NCBI GenBank assembly: GCA_015680685.1
Contig: MNCI01003361.1
Span: forward strand, 86,942 to 150,941
Source of the DNA: Gnetum montanum
Taxonomy: Eukaryota > Plantae > Gnetophyta
Reading direction: 5' to 3'
Length of the DNA: 64,000 nucleotides
The notes beneath the pieces are model-generated. The model was not told where the DNA came from, searched no databases, and saw nothing but the letters and a program-made list of their open reading frames with translations. Below, in pieces: positions 39,450 to 54,489 of this stretch (the first letter of the stretch is position 1; each line of letters begins with the position of its first letter). The position numbers and the translations under genes are program-made.

Positions 39450-42400
39450 GAAATAAAATAAGATGAGGAGAAAAGCTAAGCTCAAACTCTTTCAAGAGCC
39501 TAGTGGCAACACATGTTTTTAATGATCCATTCAACCCTCACCCAATTGTGCCTCCATTTAAGCTCATAAAACTTCAATACTCAAGAAGACAAAACTTACA
39601 CTTATTAGAGACTCTGCCACCTCTCTCAAACTATTCTCTCCCTCTCTTATCTCTCATCTTACCTCACGCTCTCTTGCCTTTGTCTATGTTCTTTGACATT
39701 CTTTTGTAGTCAATAGAATGACTCCTTACCTTCCAAAACTCTTGTAACATTTTTGAACTACTTTTAAGTAGACTACAAGTAACTATGACTCATAGTTACT
39801 TCATAATGGTCATTCTATGATCGAATTGTGACTCACAACGTGCTCACACCAGTAATGCTTCATAAACCTACAACCTTGGATTATGACATCATTGCGACTT
39901 GTAGTGATCCATAACTTATTTCTTGATATAAAAAAATACTAAATTCTTTACTTTTCTTCAAATTGAAGCTAACTATAGCTTACAATAACTCACAACTTCA
40001 CATTATGACTAATTGCAACTTGCAATCTCATTGTAGTTGCTTGCCAAGAGATATAAATACATGCAAACAACTTCAAAAGAACTCCAAAAAACAAATACTC
40101 ACTCCTAAGACTTTTAAAACACCTTGAGGATAAGAAATCTGAGGAAGTTAGGGTGATGTCCTCATCATACGAATTTATAGATAAAGATAGAAAATGAAAA
40201 AAAAAACGTTCAAATAAGGTACAATTGAACCACGGTCTAATAGATTAATGTATACTTACAAAGGAAATGTTACAATCTTTAGGGGATATCAATATTAGAG
40301 ATTGACAAGTTTTCATCCAATTACTTCATAAGAGAACCAACTCCAATAACAGATGACTACTCTTGAAACTATGTTACTGGTGGTACAGGATTCTACTTAA
40401 CAATGGTGAGATTCAAGTCTTTCTTTACTATTGCTTCTTTATTTGCAAGTTGTGGATTATTCTTGATATCTTTAATAATTTTGTCAATCGTAATGTCAAT
40501 AGAGGCTTCAGGACATGCAAACTAAAGTACAGGTTTCTATTAACTAATTTGAAGCTTCAGTGCTTCATTCTCCTCATTGAGATTATCAAGTTTAATTTGT
40601 AATTGCATCATTTCTCCTTTCTTACTAATGTACTTCTCTCATAATTCCTAAGTAGTTACCTTTATAACATACATATGATCTTTGACTTCCTAGATGTTTA
40701 CTATCAAAGCATTATTATTTGCCACAAGTTATTGGTTAGTACTACAAATGGTCTTCATTTCTTCTTTGGCATTGCAATACTTGTCTTTTAGTTCCTTATT
40801 CCTCTCATAATATCTAGCTTCAACTTCATTAATAACACTTGAATATTTCCAGATGATTTACTTGAGACCTGATCTAACATTATTAACTTCATTCATATGT
40901 TTTCTCGTATTCTTTGACCATCTTAGCAAAATTTTTAAAGTCTTCTTTCATTTTCTCATATTTACTTACATAAAGTTTCTTCAAACTATCCCACTCATCC
41001 TTTTCTTTTTCTATCACAGAGAGTTTTTTAGGGTTTTAGCTTTATCTTTTTCTTTTGGTTCTTATACTAGTCTAAAATTAACAAAATGGATCATTAATTC
41101 AACATATAAATAGACATTTATTCTTACGACCTCACGATCCTTTAGTATACATTCTCTTTTGAAATTCACTAAATTCCTTCTTGGATGGCTTCTTTAGGAT
41201 CTTTTATTCACAACCTAAAACTCTTCTTCTAGAAATATCTATTCATATTTCATTCACGAGCATAGGGAATTTGTGTGATTGGAAAATAAATTTTGATTTT
41301 CAATAGCTTATTAATATCTAATCTTGGCATTTTCAAGCAACCTTAAATAACATGAGACAATTGGATAAACTTTAGTAGATTCTTACTTTCTTCAAGAGTT
41401 CCCTCATTAGGTATCTCCAAACCAACAAACACATCTTCATCTATTTTATTAGTAAAAATAGGAGTAGAAATAATAAAAAACTTATGTTTGAGTTTTCATT
41501 CTTTGTCATGCTTTGCATCCACTTCTACTAATGGGCTCTTAATGTCCCTCTTGGCATTTATAGTTTTATAAACAACTTCTAATTTCTTAACCTTCTTCCT
41601 ACTTAAACTTATCCTTGGTGTTGATGTTGCTATCCTATTTGGATGTCTCCTTGGATTTTCTCTTGAGGTTTGGGTGGCCTAAGTTATTATCATAATAGTA
41701 GTTGTTGTAACAATTGCATTGGATATGGACTTAACAATCTTCTTATTCTGCAAATTTATGACTTCTATTTCAGAAAGTAGAAATGGAATCATCATATGTG
41801 TTAGAGAACTGGAGTACCAATTGCATTTGAAAATCTCTTTCATATATGCATCAAAAGACTACCAAACCTAAATCTAATGATGTTCCATCCTTGACCTTCA
41901 TAAGATCTTTGTAAAACTTATGGATTATGAGACATGCTTAGTTGCATCTCAATTTCCATAAATGTACATAATATAAGCTTTTCAGGATACTCCATTGAAT
42001 CCAAGTTTTATGGCAAAATAATTGATCCAATTGTTATACACTTTTACAATGAAACAAATGTATTCACTTTAGGGTATTGGCGTTAACAAAAGTAATTGTC
42101 TTATTAATCATATAAATTTTCTTTGTTAGAAAAGCCTTGAGCAAAGAATCCTTAAATAAATTATGTGTATCAACAAAGGATTATTAGACATTCTTATCAT
42201 CAAATACATAGCACATAATTTCCTCATTCACTAAGACATGCATAGATGTACCACAATTAAAAATCTCAAAGATAACATCATTATAAGAGTTGAGAATTCT
42301 TAGCAACTCTTTGTTAGAAATCAACTCTGATGCTAGGACATCTACTATGGCATAGGCATCCTTGCCTATCTCAGCTTGTTATTATGAATATCTACATCCA

Positions 42401-42626
42401 TCATTCATTGTAGATAATTTTTACTAAAGAGAATAGGATGATTAATCTCACATTTTGTTGTTACTACTTGTATGAATGGAGGCACAAATGATTCTTCTCT
42501 AGTAAGCATATAATTAAAGTTGTACTTATTTCCCAAATTCATCTTAGTAGTGTGAGTTTAAATTCAAGGATTGCTAAATTTATAGTAGGGTTGGGACTTG
42601 GCATGTAGATGTAAATTTTTCCCCTA

Positions 42627-42659
<33 letters not shown>

Positions 42660-45600
42660 GTTTTGGTAGGTCAAATTATTACAAATGATGATTTTTTTTT
42701 ACATCCAATATCCTAAATTTGATCACACTTGACATTTTTATTAGTAGCATGTTTTGTAAGAAATGTAACAGTAAATATTTGATGAAACATGTTATCTTTA
42801 TTTTATTCTTTTTGAAAGTATCATAATAATACCTTAAAGTAAAGTTACTTTAATCTACTCATTCTAATAATCTTTAAAATATCTTGAATTTTGATATGAT
42901 AAGTTTGAGGCATAAGGATTCTTTTGAGGAAACTTAACATTTGTCTTATAGGATAGATTCCATGATTTACTCATCGGTTTCTATTCCTACTTATAGGATC
43001 TAACATTCTTAGAATAATATTAGCTTTTAGATCTATTAGAATAGTTTTGTTGTATCTTTCTAGATCCTTCTTAATCTTATATAAGATTCCGAAGATTGTT
43101 CAACTTACTTCCATTCTTTGCAAAATGTACATGATGTACCCTAGGCAATGTTCTATTATTGGACTTTGTCATTGATTAGTAGATAATTCATGATAATTCA
43201 TAAGGTGTAGAAGGGCTTCATCAATTGGACCTTTAGAGCTCATTATTTCCTTACAAACCTTCTTCATTCTTTGGTATTATATTGTCTTTATTCTTTCTTT
43301 CAAAAAAAAATTATTTTCTTGCCTTCATTATTTTCATAAGTGATCCTTGATTTATCATTGCTTTCAATGATTACAATTGATCAAATGTTATCATGTAAGT
43401 TAACTATTTTCTCCCAACTAAATTTCATCTCCAACTATTATTCAACTAGTTTTTTGGCCATAACATTTCTTAATCATAACCTTCTTTGATACCATTTTAG
43501 AGTTTAGTTTTACATCATATGATAGCTCTAATTACCCAAGAATCTTATGGTTAGAAATTGAATATAACTTAATGATTAATTAACTTATTCTTCTTGGAAC
43601 AATTTGAGGATTAGTGATTCATTTTTAATAATCTTCCTTAGCCATATAATTCAAGAGTTTCTCTTATCAAGTACATGTCCTTACTTTACCGTCCATGTGA
43701 CTATCTTGGATATAGTAATGGTTACAACACTGCTGCCATTAAATGCCATCTTGTTCAATCTGCCAAACACTCTTGAAGAACATCTTCTTGAAGTGGATGT
43801 TTCATTTTGACAACATTCAAGGAATGGTACTAGGAGCTTCTCCATGTGGATTCCTATCTTGGTTATAGTATTATCCTCTTCATAGAATGAAGAGAATGGA
43901 ATCGACCTAGCCAATAGTGCTCATGTCTATGCTTACAATAGAATTCTTTGCCATGAAACCTTGAATTTCCCTCAAAATTAGATTAGCAAGTGTTTGGTAA
44001 TATTGCCTAGTCACATGTATAGAAGTAAGATCAACATAATAGATAATATTATAAAATTTGATTTGCCTTGGTTGTAGTTGGCTAGCAAGATTTGATCTTA
44101 CATGGAAATAGGAAGTAGAATGTATTACTATTGTTTTTGAGAAGCTGGTGAGGTAGGACTACTTGATGTAGGTAGAAAATATTAAGGTATCATCTATGAA
44201 AGTGAATAAGTACCTAGCTAAGCACCTTCAAAGTAAAAATTAGTGAGAAGCACCATATGTTGCTACATTAGAGTTGGAAGATTCAATGCAGTAGTACCCT
44301 AAGGATTTGGAATTTACTATTGTTGGTACTACTACATGGACTATTGGTATGCACCTCTAGGATAGTATGATCACCCAAGGTACAAACTCCTTATTTACCT
44401 CTTGACAAACTTGGGATTTAGAGGCATCCAACATCATCCCATTTTATAAAGCATGAGAGTCATGACTAGGTAGCATTATGAGTTATGAGGGTTTGCACAA
44501 TATTCGTAGGGATCCTCATCTAGATTCTTTTTGTTGCTTTTAAAGTAGGATAGCTTTCCCTTACCTTTACCATCATACTTCTTTCTATGTTCGAGTAGTG
44601 CAACTATTTTGGTCATGGCTTTAATTACCTTACCTTCAAGGTCCTTAAGGATGGTGGTCATTTTTTCATCCATCATTTCTCAAACTTGGTCCACCCTATG
44701 GGCTAAGTCCATTAAGGCCTTTTGATTTTGACATGATCTTCTACTAACACTTTAACTGTAGTAGAAGATTTTGTTGTATCTTTATTATTTTTAACCTCGC
44801 TTTTGCATGTAGGATCACGATTATACTCCTCAATTGATTATCTCTTTTCCATTCATCTTCCATGTTTACAATGGTGTCTTAGAGTACTTTGATTTGGGCC
44901 ACAAACTTTTTATGTACTCAGTCCATTGCATACATGTCTATGTGTTCCCTTGGTTCTTGTCTTAAGCCTTCCATAATATGCATCAACTATTCTCTTTGGC
45001 TGAAGCCATGGTTCGAAAAGCAGTATGCAATTTTCATGTGCCTCTCCATGGTAATGTCCAGTGGCTTATAAGTTCCTTGCCTTCATCTAACCATTTTCTT
45101 TAGAATGTTTCAAATATGGACATAGATGTAAAACTTGGTGCAGAAAATTCATATCATGTTTGCCCATTTTTGAATTGATTTTAGGGATAAAGACTTATAC
45201 CATGTTTTTGCATGCTCAATGAAGATATAGGAAAATAACCAAAACTTTTTCCAATCATCGACAATCCCCTACAAGTAGTATGCATCATCAAATGTTTGCA
45301 TGTGGAGTTGGAGATCATTGTTGGTAAGCCCTTTGTATGTTGGAACATCAATAATGTTGATACATTTAATATGGCTATCACGAACATGCTCCTATAAAAT
45401 ATAGATAGCTTCATTGAGTTCATGATAGTCATCCTAATTAAATAAGGGAGCTTCATCATCACTTAATGGTTTAGATAAGTGTAGATTTTGGAATCTAGGA
45501 AGTAGATCAACATTAAGGGTTCAAGCTATGCTTCAATGAGTGATTCCTGACCATGGGTCTTCATTGTAGATTGATCCTTTTTCTTTATTAATTGCTTTAT

Positions 45601-46135
45601 TGTCCTTCTATACATTTAAATGGTCAAATGGAAAGCTATGACAAGCCTTCTTTTATGTCATTTGGTCTCATAGTCCTTGCCTCTAATGAGGTACATAGTT
45701 GTTGTACACTAGCTTTGAAGCCATGTAAAATCTAAAATCATCCTCTATGCCAATGTTGATCAAGGCCTCATTGAGATCAGGCAATGCAACCTCAATCAAT
45801 CTTGTAAAGGACTGCCCATGAGCATCATGTCACCTTTTTTACTTATGTTGGCAATAAGTTAAAATGGCTAGTGGTAGGGTTGCACCTCCAAGTGTTCGAA
45901 TGTGATGTAAGCCCTTCTTCATTTTATTACATTTCTTTTGCCAAAGATCTTTGGTGAGCTTTGAGCATTATTTGCCATATTATTCATGGTCACAACATGC
46001 ATACAATGCTAAAGAAACATACACTTAGGTTAAAAAAATGTTAAAATAATAAATATACAACCATTTTTAGGTAGTACACTAATGCTCTTCCCAATAACAA
46101 CACCAATGATAGGGGTCCCACTAGCTATGACCAAT
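39450..46135 (-). mobile_element. Nested, heavily decayed Ty3/Gypsy gag-protease remnants and LTR-like segments
   Basis: Gag-like RQEPREHID (near 44950); protease-like ...AFNGSSVVTI..I..WTVK (43700-43900), FVDTHNLF (near 42170), NLLDRGS (near 40240); possible PBS tggtcatagctagtgggac near 46115-46133; boundaries uncertain. Confidence 0.55.
42630..42657. repeat. (CT)n microsatellite
   Basis: Directly visible. Confidence 0.95.
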
Positions 46136-49100
46136 AGGATTATATCATGTGAAGCATCGTGCTATCCGATCATAGGCTTAGAAGAAAATGTTGAGTGAAT
46201 TGGCAAGAACACTCATGTATATTGTTGCATTTAATAAATATAAAAGAGATTATAATACATATAATACAATGAAAATTCATGTTTCCATGGTGAGAAATTG
46301 AGAGAATATTTATAATTTTATATTTTATGAATTTTATGGATTTTATAAATATAAGAATAAAATAATAATAAATATGCACATATTACAATCCCTTATAAGA
46401 AAGATGAAAGACCACATATGAAAAGCAATACATGATCCCTAGTCACAACCTTAATAGTCTAACACCATGTTGTATAGTTATGACCTCCTTGAATAAGAAT
46501 GAATCATTGTGGGTTGATGTAATGAAAATAAAATATATATTTTTGGCCTTTTATATTTTAAAGCATTAATGATATAGAACAAAGGAAAAACCATGAGCTT
46601 TACTCACTATGAAAACATTAGACTCTGTACTAACCAAATGATTCTAGGCTATGCAAGTAAGGTAGCACTTTCCTAGAGTCTAGCCACACTTGTAAAAGTA
46701 ACAACTCAAAACACACATAAAAAATTGGAAGAAACTCAACTTCTCTAAGGGAGAAGAAGCTCTTCATATAAACCAGATGCCAAAAGAAAAGATAATCATA
46801 AAATTGGCAAAAGTTAAATGTGAGAGCTCATCTTGAGTGTTTATAATTTTTACAATGTAATCGTGGAGGTTCATCAACACCCAAGTATCAACAAAGGTTC
46901 ATCAATGCATCCCTAGGTGATTCTGGTCACACTGTAGTTGAAGTGAACTAAAATAAGCTAGGAAAGGGATGTGTTAACACCCCTACACCAACATTAGAGA
47001 TGTGTTGGCTCATGGTAATCAATGCATCCTCTTGCCACACTTGAAGCCACCAATTCTAGATGAAAGCTAAAACACTGAGGAACATGTTGAAAGGGTCTTA
47101 GAAGGCTTAAACAAAGTCGAAAACATCCTAAGAAAGTTAGAACATGCCTACAGCTTGGACGTGTGACATAGGAGATAAGGGTACATGCCCATGAGATATA
47201 AACATCAACTGAACAGGCTAGAACTACAAATACAAGGTGCATGAAATGCTTCCTAAATCCAAGACTTATAATGGATTTACAAAATATCACTTGATGACTT
47301 ATCAAATGCCATAACTAATTAGAAAGAAATTAAATAATCAACAAATGCAATACTTCACTAATTGAAGGTTAAAGATAATAAAATAACATCTAGTGGTGAA
47401 TGTTTATGGAATTTACCTAATTTTAGACCTTGTGATTATAAGTATAAGCAAATAATAAATTGGAGTGAATAACCAATTCAACCCACAACTCATCGAACTA
47501 TCATTGCAACAAGAGAAACCCCAGTGCAAATGTAATTCTCCATGATAGCAAAAAAGCTCAGAAGCAATAGGTACAAAGCTCATATTACAAATATGTCCTA
47601 AATCACAAGGCACATCATGCTATATATAAATTTTGAAATTACATAGTACAATAAATACCACCAATAATCTACAATCACAAATCTTATTATTCACAGTTAT
47701 AATCCATAAAAGATAGATAGTCAAACCAATCTTACTTTGACACCATGTTAGGAATTTGAGGTCTCCAAGATGAGGTTAATAAATCCAACTCATAGAATAT
47801 TAATATATAAGATCAACACGTAAACTATGATAATGAGAGTTTATGAACATAACAGTTATAACTAATAAGAAAGAATAGACCACACACTAATACACAAGTA
47901 GTGATATATGTATATAACAATGTGATTATAATGGATTAGGAAATAACATATGAAATTCATGGCATTATGTAACTATATAGTTAGAAGGTGACAGTTATAG
48001 AGTCAAACTATTAGTATAGTAAGATAGAGTATGGAAATAGAGATACTAAGATACGAATCTTGGTATATGCATAGGGGAACTAAGAATAAAGACCACAATG
48101 AATAACCATAAGCATTAGAGTTGATGATTATGGTTTATATACCATACTATGGAGTGTGTATGTTGTGTTGTATCATAAAAACATCATAGTAACTTCTTTA
48201 AGGTTCAACCAAATAAGCGATATGTCTTTCATCAATAGTCATGCCTCTTCTTAACTAATCACTCAACAACTAATTAATCTCTTTATGTAAATCTTTATGA
48301 TTGCACATATGGGTAGGTATAACCTTTCAATTTTCAAGATATGAAAATGATTTACTCTATTTAATCATCAATGTAACAAGTCATCTTTTTGAATTATTTT
48401 CACTATTAATACTTGTGGTAGATGCATATTCTATAATAAATTTTGTTATACCATATGTCTTAAAAATTTAAGATTACTTAATATTGAAAGATTTATATTT
48501 TAAACGAAGTAGTTTGATGACTAGATTCCTACGGTTTTTGGGTTGTGAAGCATGAGGTCTAACTAGATCTCATACTACCTTAGAACTACATGGGAATATG
48601 ATTTTATGTGTATAGATGGAACTGTAGGTAACTAGCACTAATGAGGTTCTAGTATGGTTTTCATCTAGCTTCCTTATTCCATCTCTTAGTGGAACCAAGG
48701 GAGTGGAAACTTGCTTTAGTAATTTGTGATGATCCCCATCCTAGAGTAATAATGAGGTAGCATGACACATGCTATCTTGGATGATGCTTTTTAATTTATG
48801 AATCCCTTCCTAAAGCCATTAGTATGTATGAGGTAATTGATATGTGCCTTTTATAATGGCTTATAATGAATTCAACCATGTGCCCATGTTTATGAAGATA
48901 TGTATGCTTGAATGATTCGTACATGGTTGATGCATGTTTAACTCGATTATATTTGTGAAAATTGAGATGCTTATTATGACACTTTGCATGGTGACCTCTT
49001 AGGCTCCTACTAAAGACTTGTACTATATGCAAGCTATTAGTGGGAGCTAACACATAATCTATCTTGAGTTTGCCATTCCAAAAGATCATTTTGAGGATTC

Positions 49101-50149
49101 TTGGTGTTGTCTTTAACATTGCACACAAGTGGGACCTCATACTATACATTCATCTTAGTTTAAAAGATGCATTAAAGTGAAATTAAATGCATTATTTTTA
49201 TTGTAGTTAAATCCTCCTCATTGCCACCTCTTTGTCACATGTTCTATCACCAGCAAATCAAACATTTATTGCAAATTCTAAATACTATCTAATATTTGCA
49301 TGGTAATTGCTATATGTGATAGGATCCAAGGAGCTAATGGAACTTAAGTCCCAGTTCTTGTGTAGAATTTGGAAATGAATTTGTAGTGATTCAAGCTCCA
49401 ACAACAGTGGCTTGAATTGTAGAACATTATCAAGAGATTTTGTTAATATGTAAAGGAGTTACAAAGAGAGAGAATGGTTGTGGAAAGCATGAAGAAAGAT
49501 AAGAAAATTTAGATAATAAGGAAAATATAGAGGATCTCTACTCCACCATACTTGGAAAAAGAAATTATGCATGATGAACATGTATGAGGGCATGTGGGCA
49601 CTTCTTCTTCTTCTTGTAAAAGGAAAAGAGAAAATAGGAGAAGGAGAAAATCCTCTAAAAAGCCTTCTCAAGTTTAAGAGCCATCATCAGTAATTAAGAA
49701 GAAAAAGACTTCTTCTTTTTCTTTTTTCTTTTCTTTCCTTGTTTCATCCTCACCATCTTCCCTATCCTATACCATTTCTAACATTTTTACATCTTAATTC
49801 CAAGATGCAACTTCTTATATCGGTTTGTTATTGCTATTTGCAAGTTGCTACTTCATGTTATTTCTTGCAACTTGTTGCTAAATGCCTATTGTTGGCTTGC
49901 TGTTATTAGTTGTTGTTGGATTTTGTTGTTAGCGGTCCTACTATTTACTACTGTTATCATCACCATGGCTACCTACAACTATTATTGATTCTACTAAGTT
50001 CTTTCTTATTTTTTAATTATTTATGTAATATTATGATTTTCTTTTCAAGTTATTTCATCTCCAAATATTTTTTTCCTGTAAGTACTTTAATATTTTCAAA
50101 TTTAATGTTCTTTAAATTATTGATCACTTTTCTCTTTCATTGAGACTTA

Positions 50150-50747
50150 ATCTTGGGCTAGACATGGCCATAAGCAAGGTTCCCTAGGCCATAACCTTGC
50201 AAAATCATGCATTTCTAGGCATTGTGTATTAGTTTATCTTGTGGCCTAAATTTCTGCATTAGCACACTGCATTAGGACCACCATTATGGTTTTCTTAAAC
50301 CAATTTGTATTCCTCTCTTCTTTTGTCTTTAGTTTTAATTTTCTTTTTATTAAAAAATTTCCTTTATTATTAACTTAGATTATGGTTGGAGCTAGTAAAA
50401 TTCTTAGGCCTCAAACTAGAAAAACAAGAAGTCAAAACTTCCTAGCTAGTCATTTTCCAAGTCATATTCCTACTAGTCCTAGATTAAGGTCCTCACATTC
50501 TTCAAACATGGTAAATCCTTCTTCCATAACTGCTACCTATATCCTTCAGACAATGTAAACCTTCACCTTACCTAAAGATAAGAGTCAACCTCCAATGAAC
50601 CAAGTCTTGACCACTCTACAAAAACTTTCAAATGAAGTGATTGAACTAAAACATAATAATATTGAGATAGAAAATCAACATAATGAGGTAAATAGAAACC
50701 TAGAAGAAGTAGCTCTTAGTAAATATTGTAAGTTACATAATACTAGA
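50150..50747 (+). mobile_element. Tat-lineage Gypsy element, 5' part (gag remnant) interrupted by element 2
   Basis: Reconstructed empty site reads KYCKLHNTR|QHYEKYCP (CX2HX4HX4C knuckle) across TSD CTAGA; left end approximate. Confidence 0.7.
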
Positions 50748-51587
50748 TGATGAATCGTGATTCATCTAGCCACGATATCGGATCCACGATATCGGGTACG
50801 TGATATCACAACCCAAGTAACGATATCAGATACGCGATATTGTGACTCCTATGCAGGCCTATAAATACTCATGTAGGCACACGAGAGGAGTCAAGTTTTT
50901 AGATAGAAGTTAGTTAGTCTTAGTTAGTTCTTAGTTTTCATTTCTAATTCTTCTCAACCCTTTCCCCCAGTGCATGCCTATAGTGTGATGATTGTAATTG
51001 TATGACATCCATTATTCGAGCGTGATGTACTTGGACACGCGCATGACTAAAAATAAACATCGAGATTACTTCATCATTGTAGCATTCACTTAGTTTAATT
51101 ACTTACTTATTATTGTTATTAAACACAGAATGGGTATGACTTAATCACGAGCATCTACGTGTGACTACTTTATATCCCAGTAGTGTACTTAGGCCATGCG
51201 CTTGGTAATCCTAGTGGTAGTCGTGCATGAGGACTAAGATGTGTACAGATGATTAAGGAACAGATGCTCATTACACTTAGGCTAACTTAGATTCTCTCTC
51301 CTTATCTCCTATTAGCTTAGACCCTCTCTCCCTTTCCTCTTAACCTAATTAAAGTTTTTTCCATTGCCTCCAGGAGTAGCATTAGTTTAGGAAAATATCA
51401 TACACCTCACTCTAGACTAAACCATATGTGACAAAGCATATACTAGTTCAAGTGAGAAGATAGCAAACTACAATCAATGAGTAACTATCTAGATACCACA
51501 ACTAGCCCGTTTGCGGAGTTTGACCGAATTGTGCGTGAAACACTCGTATTCATATGGTTGAGTGTAGGGGTACCTTGCCATTCATCA
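50748..51587 (+). repeat. 5' LTR of element 2 (840 bp)
   Basis: Direct repeat of 57482-58355. Confidence 0.95.
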
Positions 51588-51738
51588 TTGGTACTATTGT
51601 CAGGGACAGTGCTAGTTATATAGACTAGTTGCATCATACAAGATCGTTGTAACAAAGTATTAACAATATATCTTTCAGGAAAACAATATGATAAATAATA
51701 ATAATAATTGCAATTAAATCACACACAAATTTACAACC

Positions 51739-53180
51739 ATGTCTCTCTCACAAGACTATGATAACGCAACAACTAGTGAGGTAATTCATTGGAGAACCAA
51801 CGAATTCTACAATGATGAAGATGAAGTTTGGAGTACTCAATCTGATGTAGGGGTTTCATATGAACATAAACAAAAACAACATCGTCACAATTCACGAATG
51901 CATAACATAGCTAGTGATGATGAACCCCTACTGGCCACTACAAGCTTAAGACATATACAAGAGGCTGTTCAAATATCCCACAGCCATTGTAAAGAAAGTT
52001 GTCTACCCTGGCTTGACCTAAACAACTTTCCTAAGTTTTTAGGAGGCTATGATTTAGATCCACAACATCATCTACAAGCCCTTCATGATGCCTGTGTATG
52101 GAATAGCATTGATAATGGATGGCAAAAACTTAAGCTCTTTCCTTTGACACTCATTGGCCACGCAAAAGTATGGTACAGGTCTTTAAAACCAAAATCAATT
52201 CGACATTGGCCAACAATGGTAGAACTCTTCAACGAAAGATATCAAACCTACGCAAGAGTGTCAGCCTTGAGAAAACAAATCCAAGAGTGGAAACAAGCAC
52301 AACATGAACCCTTGAACATGGCCTTAAATAGATATTATGCATTGTTAAACAACTGCTAATGTACTATATCATAGATAGGCTCCATAATGAAACAAGGGAA
52401 ACCCTAGGGATGTATGGATGTAGGCCCGAGGTCAACTATATGAACTATGAACCCATCAAGTTCAAGAGTTTATTAAGCAAATAGCAAAAGAAGAAGGAAA
52501 AATGGTTAAATGGGAGAATGTTGAAAAATCTCAATAGGCCCAAAACCTTAAATCAACAAGGGCCCATGATAATGAAGAGGAGAAATCAACTCACCTCAAG
52601 GAGGTGGAACCATCTTTGCCAACACTACAATCATTCGATGAAATTGAGGCAAAGATCAATAAGATGATGGAATGGATGCATAAAAAATACGGAGAATATG
52701 CCAACATTATTGGAGGTAGAGTCATGACAAACCAAGAAACAGGACAAAACATCCTTAGACAATCAAAAAGAAGGGTAGAAGCGAATAAAAGCTCAACTGA
52801 CAATCATATGTATCAATGCAACATTTGCTTGTATGATCACCCCAAGGGCCAATGCCCAATCTTGTCGTATTTACAGGAGCATTGGAAAAGGGTGTTAAAC
52901 CCAAAGTTCATACAGAGATATTGTGTTTGATCACAGTGGCAACAATCCCAATCATGAAGGAGGCCACTCCCAAACTGGTTGTACCCTTCATACCATCTGA
53001 ACCTAAGTGCTTATCAAGTTCAACATCCTCACCAACAGGACCACCACCTTGGGTACCTTGCACTCAATTTCAACATTCTCATCCTTCACCTCCTTCCACA
53101 TCGCCACCAATTGTGCCTAAAGAGTTTGCACCACTGCATCAACAAAATCACTCCTCCCTTGAACGGAATTCCAAGTGATC
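51739..53180 (+). pseudogene. gag of element 2, degenerate
   Basis: FLGGYDLDPQHHLQALHDAC...LKLFPLTLIGHAKVWYRSLKP; CNICLYDHPKGQCP knuckle. Confidence 0.88.
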
Positions 53181-53899
53181 GTACACCTTGCTGTCACGGT
53201 GCCCTTATGGTTATCCATCATGGAAAGAAGCAATGTAATGTCATTGATCGAAGGAATGGATCTGATCTTGATTTTGGAGTGACGGGCTAATAACACACTA
53301 ATCATGCCTTACACGCAAGATTCATTGTGCCCTAGATCAATTACCTCATGTCCCGATTTCTACAATCTCTTCAACGATTCGCCTCATCCCGTTGTTCATG
53401 TAATTGTAACTTGTGTGTTGGATAGCATGAAACTCATATCTCATCGCAGTGGTATTTACATGTGTGTCTTTTGTGGAATTAGTGTGGATTACATTTCACT
53501 CTTTTTGTGCCTACAGACATTTTAAGGTAAGGTTACACAACGGCATTATAGGTTGGAACCTGCTTTGGGGAGGACCCACTTGCGTGACTTTTGTAATTTG
53601 TACTTGTTGCACACTCTCACATCATTTTATACCCTCCAAGTATTGCATCACCAATGAAATTCTTTCCCTCATCATCATCCTTCAAGTTCAAACGTTCCTA
53701 TGTACTACTAACACATGCCCTTTTTCCTCATACTCTTCATGACCTTCATTGCCAAATTTTACGTCATGATACTTTTTCGATGTTGTCAAGCCTGATGAAC
53801 ATTACCCTCGAGCCTTCACATTGATCTAAAGTCCTTAGTTTACATTGCAGAATTTCTAAAATTTATCACTTATTCCAAATACCCTGTTTTCATTAGGCT

Positions 53900-53990
53900 G
53901 CGATATTAGATCCTCGATATCGCGCCCGACGTGATATCAGGGCCGCGCTATCGCGTACACGATATTGTGTTCTTTTAACCTATATATATG
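53900..53990 (+). promoter_or_regulatory. Internal CGATATCG array plus TATA (putative subgenomic promoter)
   Basis: Five degenerate copies of the LTR motif followed by tatatatat (53981-53989), the same layout as the LTR U3. Confidence 0.6.
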
Positions 53991-54489
53991 GGCCCCCCTC
54001 ATGAATGTCAACATCATTTGCAACTATTCATGTAGGGGAGTTCTTTCAAATTTTCTTCTACGACTTGCAACTTGCACACCTCTTGATCTACCAACCATAA
54101 CTCGCTCACTAGCGCTCCGATTTGCATTCTATTCAAACCTATCTGAACCTGGAGTGTTCAACTTAGTCATGGGGGAGGGGTACACTTTGAATTGCGTATA
54201 AATATTTCAAAATTTGTCATCGCCCAAAGAACATTATCAAGGGTAATTAGTTATAAAAATAATAAACATGTGCCAAAAACAATTTCATCTCGTAATCTAT
54301 ACTGAGAAGTTAAACTTTGAAACCACCTAAGTAAAGTAGGCCAAATATTAAAACCTTTTGGGGACATTTCCATAAAATTTCTACCTTTAAATCACATAGA
54401 ATAAGAAAAAAATTCATTAAGGCAAGAAGTAAGGTATAACTTAACTTTTGCAAACAACCTTACTAATGATTGGCCCTGTGTGATTGCAG

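Noticed and set aside
46140-50150. Genes in the AT-rich interval
   Set aside because: Only short low-complexity ORFs and LTR/PBS-like scraps (e.g. ctttgacacca|tgttagg near 47735); nothing could be assigned with confidence.
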